Positions 8,457 to 21,001 of a stretch of DNA of 64,000 nucleotides are shown here, one piece after another (positions within the stretch are counted from its first letter, which is position 1; each line of letters opens with the position of its first letter). The stretch comes from an uncultured Microthrixaceae bacterium (GTDB taxonomy: Bacteria; Actinomycetota; Acidimicrobiia; Acidimicrobiales; VFJN01), in the NCBI GenBank assembly GCA_963795165.1, contig CAWCGT010000001.1, forward strand, positions 577,168 through 641,167, given 5' to 3'. The notes beneath the pieces were generated by a model. That model saw nothing but the letters and a program-made list of their open reading frames with translations. It had not been told where the DNA came from and searched no databases. Both the position numbers and the translations under genes were made by a program.

Positions 8457-9720
8457 GTGACCAGGCGCCGGCGGGCATCATCGAGGGGTTCTACGGGCCA
8501 CCGTGGACCTGGGCGGCCCGCGCAGGAGGTGGCTGCGTGGTGCGCCGAGCGGGGCCTGGGCGACTACGTGTACGCCCCGAAGGATGACCCGAAGCACCGA
8601 GAGGCGTGGCGGTCCCCCTACGACCGGGACGAGCTGGACGGCTTCGCCGACTTCGCCGCTGCCGGGACCCTCCGGCTCGGGTTCGCCCTCTCACCGGGGC
8701 TCAGCATGGACTACGACAGCGCCGAGGACCGGCGCGACCTGGCGACCAAGGTCGACCAGGTGGTGGCCGCCGGAGCCGACCTGGTGGTGCTGGCCCTCGA
8801 CGACATCCCCTTCGGCGGCGGCCCGCAGGGCGCCGCCCACGCCCGGCGTCACCACCTGGCTGCGGGACCACCTGGGCGACCGGGCCGACGCTGGTGCTCG
8901 TGCCCACGGAGTACGTGGGCACCATCGCCACGCCCTACCTCGAGGCGCTGGCCGCGGGTGTGCCCGAGGACGTCCCGATCGGCTGGACCGGACAGGCCGT
9001 TGTGAACGACCACATCACCGTCGCCGACGCCCGAGCCCGGGCGGACGCCCTGGGGGGACGGCCTCCGCTGCTGTGGGACAACTTCCCCGTGAACGACGCC
9101 GTCATGGCCGATCGGCTCTTCCTGGGCCCGCTGCGTGGTCGCGAGCCCGGCCTCCTGGATGCGTGCAGCGGCTACCTGGCCAACCCGATGGTCCAGCCAC
9201 GAGCGTCGCTCCTGCCGCTGGCCTCGGTCGCGGCCTTCGTGGCCGGGGCCAGGACCCCGAGTTGGCGTGGGAGACGGCTGCGGCCGACCTCGGGTGGCTG
9301 GCCTTCGCAAGGGCCTGCGACAGCGACGCCGCCCACCGGGCCGTCGACCAGGCCGCGCGCCGGCGACCTGGGCCCCGCCCGCGCCTTCTTCGCCGCCGCG
9401 GCTGCGTGCGGCGCCCCGGGCCTAGAGGACGAGGCGGCCGCCTGGCTCACCCAGGTGCAGCGCGACGCCACGCCTGGCCCTGCAGGCCCTCGAGGTCCTC
9501 GACGGCGAACGGTCGGTGGGCGCCGTGCTCGGCATGGCAGCCACGCTGGCAGGCGTCCCGCCGGGCCAAGGTGACGGTGTTCGGCCCCCGCGTCTCGGTG
9601 CGCCCCGTGCTCGGGCAGGCGCTCGACGGCACGTGGCGCGGTGGACCCGGGCGCCGTGCAGCACGACGCCAACGCGATCGACGACCTGGTGCGCCTGACC
9701 CTCGAGGTGGCGGGCGCCGA
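8457..9720 (+). CDS. GH84-family beta-N-acetylglucosaminidase (O-GlcNAcase/NagJ-like); several frame changes as read, 3' end uncertain
   Basis: Pieces lie in ORFs 8457..9005, 8503..9867 and 8606..9574. They read [48 protein letters not shown] and [10 protein letters not shown]...[11 protein letters not shown]...YLANPM. Confidence 0.65.
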
Positions 9721-9721
9721 C

Positions 9722-10349
9722 CTAGGGCTCGAGGGCGGCCCGGAAGAACTCCCGGATGTGCTCGAGGCGATCCTCGAGCATCTCGTCGGAGAGCGGATCC
9801 CGACCGAGCACGCCGCGCCAGAACGGCACGTCGGAGAAGTAGCCGAGGATGGCGCTGGTGCCGGTGATGATCAGCTGTTCGCTGTCGTGCTTGCGGAAGC
9901 GACCCTCCCCCATCTCGGCGTCGAAGAAGGCCACGGCGCGGTCGAAGAACGGCTTGAGCACCGTGCCGAGGTCGACGCCCAGGTGGCCCTGCCCGTCGAG
10001 AGCCTCGCGGCGCATGATGCGCACGAAGTCGGGGTTCTCCCGGAAGAAGTCGAAGGCGGCGCTCACCACGTGGTCGAGCTTCGACCAGCCCTCCTGGTCT
10101 CGCACCTCGACCGCGTCCTCCACCCGGCTGCACCCAGTCGCTCAGCGAGGTCTCGAAGACCTCCTGGTAGATGGCCTCCTTCGACGGGAAGTGGTGCAGG
10201 AGGCTGGGCTTGCGGATGCCCACCCCGGCCGCGATGTCGTTGAGCGAGGTGCCGTCGAAGCCCTGCTCGGCGAAGCAGCGACGGGCCTCGGTCAGGATGG
10301 CCTCACGTGGGGTCGTCGGGCCGGTCACCGCCCGGAGGGTACCGGGCAT
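9722..10349 (-). CDS. TetR-family transcriptional regulator; one frame change as read
   Basis: The HTH part MPGTLRAV...[40 protein letters not shown] lies in ORF 9447..10610. The C-terminal ligand domain lies in ORF 9722..10123. ATG is at 10349. Confidence 0.75.
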
Positions 10350-10359
10350 CGGCCTCTTG

Positions 10360-10365
10360 TAGGGT
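10360..10365 (+). promoter_or_regulatory. putative -10 box (TAGGGT) for leaderless tkt
   Basis: A TAnnnT hexamer lies 7 nt upstream of GTG 10373. The intergenic region to the divergent TetR gene is 23 nt. Confidence 0.3.
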
Positions 10366-10372
10366 GGGCCGG

Positions 10373-12357
<1,985 letters not shown>

Positions 12358-12361
<4 letters not shown>

Positions 12362-13468
12362 CCGACCGCCTGAACGCGCTGCACGAGCAGGGGCAGAGCC
12401 CCTGGCTCGACAACCTCCGACGGGGGTGGCTCACCGACGGCGAGCTGGCCCGGTGGGTCGAGCGCGGCATCCGCGGGCCTCACGTCGAACCCGTCGATCT
12501 TCGCCAAGGCCATCAGCTCCGGCCGCGACTACGACGAGCAGTTCGGCGACCTGGTCGGCGTCCGACACCTCGGTGGTCGACGCCTACTGGGACCTGGTCA
12601 CCCACGACATCGACGGCGCCCTCGCGCTCCTCCGACCGGTGCTACGACGCCAGCGACGGCGTCGACGGGTTCGTGTCCGTCGAGGTGGCTCCCGACCTGG
12701 CTCGCGACACCGCCGGCACCACCGAGGTGGCCCGGCACCTGCACCAGCGCATCGCCGAGCCCAACCTCTACGTGAAGATCCCCGGCACCGCCGAGGGCCT
12801 CGCCCCGATCCGGACGATGATCGCCGAGGGCCGCAGCATCAACGTCACCCTCATCTTCAGCCTCGAGCGCTACGACGAGGTGATGGAGGCCTACCTGGCC
12901 GGTCTCGAGGCCGCCGACGGGCGACCTGTCGGCGCATCTCCAGCGTGGCCAGCTTCTTCATCTCCCGGGTCGACACCGAGGTCGATCGACGCCTCGACGA
13001 GATCGGCACCGCCGAGGCGGCCGCGCGCTGCGCGGTCAGCGCCGCGGTCGCCCAGGCCCAGGTGGCCTACCAGCGCTTCCTGGCCACCTTCCACGGGTCC
13101 CCGCTGGGAGGCCCTCGTGGCCCGCGGCGCCCGGGTGCAGCGACCGCTGTGGGCGTCGACGTCCACCAAGGACCCCGCCTACCCCGACACGCTCTACGTC
13201 GACCAGCTCATCGGACCCGACACCGTGAACACGATGCCCGAGGACACCCTCGACGCCTTCGTCGACCACGGCACGGTGGCCCGCACCGTCGACGCCGACC
13301 CCGCCGCGGCCCAGGGCGTGCTCGACCGGCTCGGTGCGGTCGGGGTCGACCTCGACGACGTGGGTCGGGTGCTCGAGGACCAGGGCGTCGCCGCCTTCGC
13401 CAAGTCCTTCGACGAGCTCATCGAGGCCCTCGAGGCCAAGGCCGCCGAGCTCGGCGCGGCGGAGCTAG
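12358..13468 (+). CDS. tal: transaldolase (long actinobacterial type); several frame changes as read
   Basis: GTG at 12358 overlaps the tkt stop. Motifs are VTDRLNALHEQGQSPWLDNL, FVSVEVAPDLA, YVKIPGT (Schiff-base Lys), INVTLIFS and ASFFISRVD, spread over ORFs 11935..13932 and 12018..14171. The 3' end is ambiguous (see rejected items). Confidence 0.8.
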
Positions 13469-13473
13469 CCGAC

Positions 13474-14142
13474 GTGCACGGCGAGCTCGTCGTCGTCGAC
13501 GACGTGCCGGGCGAGTTCGCCGAGCGCGTCATCGAGGCGTTCCACGCCCGTCCCAACGACGGCTTCTCCCTGGCGGTCTCCGGCGGGGACACGGCCCGGG
13601 CCGCCTACGAGCGGCTGGCCGACGACGCCGGCACGCAGATCGACTGGTGGAAGGTCGACGTCTACTGGGGCGACGAGCGCTGCGTGCCGCACGACTCGCC
13701 CGGAGTCCAACTACCACCTGGCCCGCACCGCCCTGCTCGAGCAGGTCGGGGCCGTCAACGCCAACTACCCGATGTTCTGCGAGGAGGGCCCCGACCCCTA
13801 CCAGCTGCGTCTCGGCGAGCTGGGCAAGCTCGACGTCGTCCACCTCGGGCTCGGCGCCGACGGCCACACCGCCTCGCTGTTCCCGGGCTCGGCCGGCGCT
13901 CGACGCCGACCCCGGTCGCCTGGTCGTCATGAACGAGGACCCGAGCGGCCGCAACCCCCACCCCCGGATGACGCTCACCTTCGCCGGCATCGCCCGGGCC
14001 CGGCTGGTGCTCGTGACCGTCACGGGCGAGGAGAAGCGCGAGGCCCTCGCCCGCGTGCGGGCCGGCGACCCCGACCTGCCCCGGCTCGCACGTGCGGGCC
14101 GACCGGGTGGTGTGGATCGCCGACCCCGCCGCCGTCGGCTGA
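13474..14142 (+). CDS. pgl: 6-phosphogluconolactonase; frame changes as read
   Basis: Motifs FSLAVSGGDTA, VDVYWGDERCVP, DVVHLGLGADGHTASLFPGS and RMTLTFAGIARARLVLVTVTGEEKREAL occur across ORFs 11935..13932, 13772..14845 and 12018..14171. TGA at 14140-14142. Confidence 0.75.
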
Positions 14143-14152
14143 TCGAGGCTCG

Positions 14153-15021
14153 TCACCAGTCGACGCGGTAGGTGCGGTGGACCGTGGTCGGAGCGCGCCC
14201 CGCCGTCGGGCGACCAAGGGGCGCTCACCGTGCGATAGCCGGCCGCGGGCGGCCGCCGTCTGCAGGGCCGGTACCGCCGCGCTCCGGGTCGTCGCCGCAG
14301 CGCACGACGGTGCAGTCGGCCCAGGCCCGCGCACGAGCGCGGCGGGCCAGGGCCCAAGCCCCGCGGAGCCCCGCCCCGCGCAGAGCGCCGGACAGGTCGG
14401 GCACCGCGGCGATCCCCTCGAGCACAAGGCGGGGATCGCCGTGGGGGCCGGCGTGCCCCGGCGAGTCGGCCGCCGGAGGCCGCCGCCGCCCCGAGGTCGA
14501 CGGCCGGCAGCACCCAGCGACGGGTGCTCCGTCACCGGAGCCAGACCGGCCCCCAGCAGGTGCGCGGCCTCATGGGGCGGCGACCACGGTCGCCCGGTGC
14601 GGCCGGGGTGGTCGAACCCGTCGGCGCGCACGCCCACCTCCTCATCGGCCGTGAAGGACCACGGACCCTCCATCGACGAGCAACCCTGTTCATCCAGCCA
14701 GGCCCGGGCGGCCTCGAGGAGGGCGGCGGCCACGACGCGGTCATCGACGGTGCTCCAGAACCCGAACCGACCCGGGGCCCCCGTCGACGCTCGGTGGGCC
14801 ACGATGCGGCCCACCGGCGGCCCAGCGCGTCGAGCCAGGAAGTAGGCGCCGTCGCCACCCTCGAAGAAGGGCTGGCGGTGCGGATCGAGCCGGTAGCGCT
14901 CCCACGCGAGCACCGGCCAGGCGAACCTGGGGTCGCCGCCGTGCAGGACAGCCGGCAGCTCGACGAACCGAGCCAGCGCCTTGCCCCCGGTGACCTCTTC
15001 GACCGTCACCGCCGCTCGCAT
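14153..15021 (-). CDS. GNAT-like N-acetyltransferase family protein; frame changes as read
   Basis: The N-terminal 180 codons lie in ORF 14020..15069 (MRAAVTVEEV...YFLARRAGPPVGRIVAH...GFWSTVDD...GPWSFTADEEVG). The remainder is spread over ORFs 13755..14513 and 14225..14425. The family call is from memory of this architecture only. Confidence 0.45.
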
Positions 15022-15029
15022 CGGGTGCG

Positions 15030-15039
15030 ACGATAGGGT
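15030..15039. promoter_or_regulatory. putative overlapping -10 boxes for divergent leaderless genes
   Basis: TAGGGT (15034-15039) lies 6 nt before ATG 15046 (fbiC). On the complement, TATCGT (15035-15030) lies 8 nt before ATG 15021. The intergenic region is 24 nt. Confidence 0.35.
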
Positions 15040-15045
15040 GCCGCC

Positions 15046-17411
15046 ATGCCCGGGCCGGACCCGCCGCACCGCGACCTGGTCGGGCTGCCGCTCCCCGAGC
15101 TGCTGGCCGGGCCCGCGCCGTGCGGGACGACGCCCACGGGCGGCGGGTCACCTTCTCCCCGAAGGTGTTCATCCCGCTCACGATGCTGTGCCGCGACCGG
15201 TGCGGGTACTGCACCTTCGCCCAGCCGCCCGCGCGGCTCGAGGCGCCCTACCTCACGCCCGACCAGGTGCTGGCCATCGCCCGGGCGGGCGCCGGCGGCC
15301 GGGTGCCACGAGGCGCTGTTCACCCTCGGCGAGGCGCCCGAGGACCGCTACCCGGTGGCCGCCGAGTGGCTCGCCGAGCACGGCTACGCGTCCACCGTCG
15401 ACTACCTCGTGGCCATGGCCCAGCTGGTGCTCGACGAGACCGGCCTGCTCCCCCACGCCAACGCCGGCGCCCTCGACCGGGACGACCTCGCCCGCCTCCG
15501 AGCCGTCGCCCCAGCCAGGGGATGATGATCGAGTCGCTCCGCGACGACCTCGACTGCCACCGAGGCGCGCCCGACAAGACCCCCGCCCGCCGGCTGGCCA
15601 CCCTCGAGGCGGCGGGCGAGCTCCAGATCCCGTTCACCACCGGGATCCTCGTGGGCATCGGCGAGGACCTCGCCGACCGCGTCGCAGGCCCTCGAGGCCA
15701 TCGCCGCCTCTCACCGGCGCCACGGCCACGTGCAGGAGGTGATCGTCCAGAACTTCCTGCCCAAGGCCGGCACCGCGCATGCACGACGCCCCGGCCTGCC
15801 CGCCCGACGACTACCTGCAGGCCATCGCCCTGGCCCGGCTGATCCTGCCGCCCGAGATCCACCTGCAGGCCCCGCCGAACCTCTCCGACGACTTCGGCCC
15901 CCTGCTCGACGCCGGCATCGACGACTGGGGCGGCGTCTCGCCGGTCACCGCCGACCACGTGAACCCCGAGCGCCCGTGGCCCGCCCTCGACCGCCTGCGG
16001 GAGGTCACCGAGGCCCGCGGGTTCGCGCTGGCCCCCCGCCTCACGATCTACCCCGAGCACGTCCTCGATCCCGAACGCTGGCTCGACCCGGCCTGCGCTT
16101 CCCGGTGCTCGACCGCAGCGATGCCGAGGGCCTCGGCCGCGACGACCCCGGTGGCGTCTTCCCCGAGCAGATCAAGGCGGCGGTGGAGGCAGGCACCGGC
16201 GCCGAGGTCGTGCAGATCGGCCGCCGCAACACCGCCTGGTACTCCGGCGCGCCGGTGGCACCCGTCGCCGCTGGTGCCCGGCCTCGGCCGGCTCGGCTGG
16301 CACGGCCCGGTCGGCGAGGTGCTCGACGGCGTGCTGCTCGGCCAGGAGGTCGGCGAGGACGAGATCACCACGCTGTTCTCGGCCCGGGGCGCCGAGGTGG
16401 CCGCCGTGGCCCAGGTGGCCGACGAGCTGCGGCGGGCCGTCGTCGGCGACGTGGTCACCTACGTCCGCAACCGCAACATCAACTACACGAACGTCTGCAC
16501 GTTCAAGTGCCGGTTCTGCGGGTTCTCCAAGGGCCCGCTGTCGCTCAACCTGCGGGGCACGCCCGTACCTGCTCACGCTCGAGGACATCCAGGGCCGGGT
16601 GCTCGAGGCGCGTGGCCGACGGGGCCACCGAGGTGTGCCTCCAGGGCGGCATCCACCCCGACTTCGACGGCGACTACTACATCGACGTGGCCCGGGCGGT
16701 GCACGACGTGGCCCCCGAGATCCACATCCACGGCTTCACCGCCCTCGAGGTCACCGAGGGCGCCAAGCGCCTCGGCGAGCCGCTGGCCGACTACCTGCGC
16801 CGCCTGATGGACGCCGGGCTGCGCACCCTGCCGGGCACCGCCGCCGAGATCCTCGACGACCCGGTCCGGGCCCTGCTCTGCCCCGACAAGATCAACACCG
16901 AGGAGTGGCTCGACGCCCACCGCACCGCCCACCAGGTGGGGCTGCGCTCCAACGTCACCATCATGTTCGGCGCGGTCGAGCAGCCCCGGTCGTGGGCCCG
17001 CCACCTGGTGCGCACCCGCGCCCTCCAGAAGGAGACCGGCGGCTTCACCGAGTTCGTCCCGCTGCCGTTCGTGCACATGGCCGCGCCGATCTACCTGCAG
17101 CGACAAGGCCCGACGCGGCCCCACCTTCCGCGAGGCGCTGCTCATGCACGCCGTCGGTCGGATCGCCTACCGCGGCTGGATCGACAACATCCAGGTGTCC
17201 TGGGTGAAGATGGGCCACGGCGGCGCCGCCCAGATCCTGCAGGCCGGCGCCAACGACCTCGGCGGCACCCTCATGGACGAGAACATCTCCCGGGCGGCCG
17301 GCGCCAGCCACGGCACGATGATGGACGAGGACGGCTTCCGCGGCTGGGTCGAGCCGCTCGGCCGGCAGCCTCGAGCAGCGCACCACCCTCTACGGGCCGG
17401 GTCGGCGCTAG
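15046..17411 (+). CDS. fbiC: FO synthase FbiC (fused CofG+CofH radical-SAM halves) for coenzyme F420; many frame changes as read
   Basis: There are two radical-SAM cysteine motifs, CRDRCGYCTF (ORF 15120..15842) and CTFKCRFCGF (ORF 15779..16807). Other motifs are EVCLQGGIHPDF, SNVTIMFG and GANDLGGTLMDENISRAAG (ORFs 15730..17544, 17144..17479). TAG at 17409-17411. Confidence 0.85.
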
Positions 17412-17806
17412 CCGGCGCCCAGGCCGACGGCGCGTCTGCACGGCCCGTAGGAGATCGTCGGCCTGGAAGGGCTTGGTGATCAGCACGTCGCTGTCGCGCA
17501 GGACCGTCGGCGCCTCGCTCCGGGCCGCACCAGGTCGGCGGTGAACACCACCACGGGCAGGTCGCGCGAGCGCGGCGTCGCGCCCGGATGTGCCCGCAGC
17601 ACGTCCCACCCGTCGAGGCCGGGCATGCGGACGTCGAGCAGCACCACGTCGGGCGACCGCCCGGCAGCGAGCGTCGGCCAGGGCCGCCTCGCCCGGACGT
17701 CCACCTCGCGCACCTCGAAGCCGGCCGCGGTGAGCACCACCCGCGCGATGAGGCGCACGTCGGGCTCGTCGTCGACCACCAGCACGCTCGGCACGGTCAG
17801 GTCCAC
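17408..17806 (-). CDS. single-domain response regulator (receiver only); frame changes as read
   Basis: VLVVDDEPDVRL and PDVVLLDVRMPGLDGWDVL lie in ORF 17480..17866. ...DVLITKPFQADDLLRAV lies in ORF 17271..17609. No output domain follows, and the stop is inferred at the GCTAGC palindrome. Confidence 0.6.
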
Positions 17807-18009
17807 CAGTCTTCGTCGAGCTTGGCCTCGATGTCTCGCACGTGCTCTCGGGTGCAGCCTAGGCACAGCCGGCTGATCCCCCGCGGCGGTGGTCTCGAGC
17901 GACCAGCCGGGGGGCAGCCCGTCGCCGCTCGCGTCGTCGGAGTCGCTCGGTGCCGCACCGGCTGCAGGTGGCCACGCCGCGCACCGTACCCGTGCCAGGC
18001 TGGCGCGGG

Positions 18010-19033
18010 ATGGCCGACGACCTGGTGCAGCAGCTCCTCGAGGCCTCGGGGGCGACCGCCAACCGCGACGTCCTGCGCGACATCCTCCGCACCGCCGAGG
18101 GGCTGGCCGGCGACGGCGCCGACCGGCTCGACCTCAAGATCACCGCCGCCGCCCTCAAGGAGATGCGCGCCGCCTTCACCATGTTCGCGCCGCTCAAGGA
18201 CACGCCGAAGGTGACCATCTTCGGCTCGGCCCGCACGCTGCCCGACGACCCGCTGTACGCCCAGGCCCGCAACCTGGCCGCGGAGCTGGCCGACGCCGGG
18301 TGGTTCGTGATCACCGGAGCCGGTCCCGGGATCATGCAGGCCGGAGCCGAGGGGGCCGGCCCCGAGCGGGCCATCGGCATCAGCATCCAGCTCCCGTTCG
18401 AGGAGAAGCCCGAGCGACATCCTCGCCGGCCGACGACCGGCTCGTCGCCATGAAGTACTTCTTCACCCGCAAGCTCATGCTCATCAAGGAGTCGTCGGCC
18501 TTCGTGTGCCTGCCCGGGCGGGTTCGGCACCCAGGACGAGACCTTCGAGCTGCTCACCCTGCTGCAGACCGGCAAGGCCAGCCCTGCCCCGGTCGTCCTG
18601 CTCGACGTCCCGGGCGGCACCTACTGGACGCGGCTGGGTCGCGCTACGTGGACGACGAGCTGGTGGCCGAGGGCCTGGTGTCCGCGGAGGACCACGAGCT
18701 GTTCCTGGTCACCGACGACGTCGACGACGGCGGTGGCCGAGATCCAGCGGTTCTGGCGCAGCTACCACTCGATCCGCTGGGCCGGCGATCGGCTGGTCAT
18801 GCGGCTCCGCCACGCCCCCACCGACGACGAGCTGGCCGACCTCAACGAGCGCTTCGGCGACCTGCTCGCTCGACGGCGCGCATCGAGCGCGTCCGACCCG
18901 CTCCCCGCCGAGGTCGCCGACCAGGACGACCTCGACCTCCCCCGGCTCGTGATGCGCTACGACGCCCGCCGGGCCGGCCGACTGCGCTCGCTGATCGACG
19001 CCGTCAACGACCTGCCGAGCGCCGCCGGCCTGA
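18010..19033 (+). CDS. LOG/TIGR00730-family nucleotide-binding protein with long C-terminal extension (PpnN-like); frame changes as read
   Basis: KVTIFGSAR and VITGAGPGIMQAGAEGA lie in ORF 17950..18453. PGGFGTQDE is recovered by a 1-nt shift near 18520. The C-terminal extension lies in ORF 18733..19260. The 3' end is approximate. Confidence 0.6.
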
Positions 19034-19035
19034 GG

Positions 19036-19246
19036 TCAGCCCAAGCCGTCGAGGTCGTCGGGCTCCCGCAGGATCCCGATGGCCTTCTCGACGGCCCGGC
19101 GAGCTCGAGCCAGGCGTCGCTCGTCGACGGGCAGCTCGTGCCCGCCGGCGTCGATGCTCTCCTTCAGCCGCTCGATGGCGAGGTCGGCCAGCTCCTCGGA
19201 GATGGCCTCGCAGCCGACCGCGGATGTCGTCGAACTCCCCTGCCAT
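19036..19246 (-). CDS. small hypothetical protein; one frame change as read
   Basis: The start [10 protein letters not shown] lies in ORF 19004..19255. The body [56 protein letters not shown] lies in ORF 19036..19275. Confidence 0.3.
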
Positions 19247-19298
19247 CGCGTGCACGCTAGAGCACTACGCTGCACCCTTCCCCCGACCAGGAGCGACC

Positions 19299-20031
19299 GT
19301 GCCCGACGACCTCCACGAGTGGATCAGCTTCGAAGACCCCGACGAGGAGCGCACCTGGGTCTTCGACGTCACGTTCCTCACCAGCCCCTGGACCTGCATC
19401 TTCGGCGCCGGCTGCCAGGGCGTGCTCACCGGTCCCGCGCCCGAGCTCGACCAGGGGTGCTGCAGCTACGGCGCCCACTTCGTCGACGAGGAGGACGAGG
19501 CGGACGATGCTGGCCTACGCCGAGCGCCTCACCCCGGAGCAGTGGCAGTTCCACGCCGTCGGGCAGCCGCAAGGCGGGCCCCACCAAGACCAACAAGGCC
19601 GGCGAGATCAAGACCCGCCTGGTCGACGGGGCGTGCATCTTCCTCAACCGCCCCGGCTTCGCCGGCGGCACCGGCTGTGCGCTGCACTCCGCGGCCCTGG
19701 AGGCCGGCGAGCGGCCGCTCGACTGGAAGCCCGAGGTGTGCTGGCAGCTGCCGCTGCGCCTCGAGGACCACACCGACGACGACGGCCACGTCACCTCCAC
19801 GCTGCGCGAGTGGAAGCGCCGCGACTGGGGCGAGGGCGGCGCCGAGTTCCACTGGTGGTGCACCGAGACCGACGATGCCTTCGTCGGCCACGCAGCCCGT
19901 CTACGAGACGATGCGGGACGAGATCGTCGAGCATGGTGGGCCAGAAGGCCTACGACCTCTTCGTCGAGCACGTAGCGTGCCGCGCGGGCGCCGAGCGGTA
20001 CCTTCCCCATCCAGCGCTCCGGCGCCGCTAG
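19299..20031 (+). CDS. conserved Cys-rich hypothetical protein; frame changes as read
   Basis: GTG at 19299 is preceded by GGAG. Sequence blocks are [42 protein letters not shown]...[40 protein letters not shown] and FHWWCTE, across ORFs 17889.., 19079..19975 and 19507..20031. Confidence 0.5.
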
Positions 20032-20057
20032 CGGGCGACCAGACGGGACGGACCAGC

Positions 20058-20997
20058 ATGATCTTCACGGCCGAGGAGCTGGGCTTCGCCGCCAAGCGGA
20101 ACGGGATGCACTTCCCGGAGCACGTGCTCGACCAGCTCGTCGCCGCCATCGACTCGGGCAAGCACGTGATCCTCACCGGCCCGCCCGGCACGGGCAAGAC
20201 CACGCTCGCCTACCTGACCGCCGAGGTGGCCCAGAAGTCGATGCTCTGCACCGGCTACCTGCCCACCACCGCCACGACCGAGTGGACGACCTTCGAGACC
20301 ATCGGCGGCCTCCAGCCCACCGCCGAGGGCCTGATCTTCCGGCCCGGGCATGTTCGTCGACGCCATCGAGAGCGGCCGCTGGCTGGTCATCGACGAGCTC
20401 AACCGCTCCAACTTCGACCGGGCCTTCGGCCAGCTCTTCACCGTGCTGTCCGGCCAGCCGGTGGTGCTGCCGTTCAAGCGCAGGGGGCAGGCCCAACCCG
20501 ATCTCGCTCGTGCCCGCCGGCGTCGACGCCGCCCGACGACACCGACGCGATCCGGCTGCCCGGCATCGTGGCGGATCATCGCCACCATGAACGTGTTCGA
20601 CAAGAACCTGCTGTTCGAGATGTCCTACGCCCTCATGCGCCGGTTCGCGTTCATCGAGGTCACCTGCCCGTCCGACGAGGCCTACCACGAGCTGCTCGAG
20701 GGCCCGGGCGACATCGTCCGCGAGCTGCTGCCGCTGCGCCGCTTCCGCGACCTCGGCCCCGCCGTCTACCTCGACGCCGCCAAGTTCGCCGTCCGCCGCA
20801 TGCGAGGACCAGCCGCAGCCGCAGCCGGCTGCTCTACGAGGTGTTCTACGCCTACTTCCTGCCGCAGTTCGAGGGCATCGACGACGAGCGGGCGGTCGAG
20901 CTGTACCAGACCGATGGCCGAGCTCCTCGACGACGCCGAGCAGGCCGAGGCCCAGCGCACCATCGGCGAGGTCCTCGGCACCGCGCTGCCGGTCTGA
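20058..20997 (+). CDS. McrB-like AAA+ NTPase (AAA_5/COG1401 type) without N-terminal DNA-reader domain; frame changes as read
   Basis: Walker A is HVILTGPPGTGKTTLAYL and the Walker B region is WLVIDELNRSNFDRAFGQLFTVLSG. RIIATMNVFDKNLLFEMSYALMRRFAFIEV supplies an NxxD plus RRF motif. Pieces lie in ORFs 17889..21368, 20282..20590 and 20350..20997. Confidence 0.65.
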
Positions 20998-21001
20998 GCC
21001 G

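Noticed and set aside
13462-13480. A transaldolase-6-phosphogluconolactonase fusion protein, because frame 1 is continuous across the junction
   Set aside because: A TAG lies in frame 2 at 13466-13468, and a GTG lies at 13474 right where the Pgl homology begins. With so many frame errors in this block, I cannot distinguish a true fusion from two adjacent genes, so it is reported as two genes.
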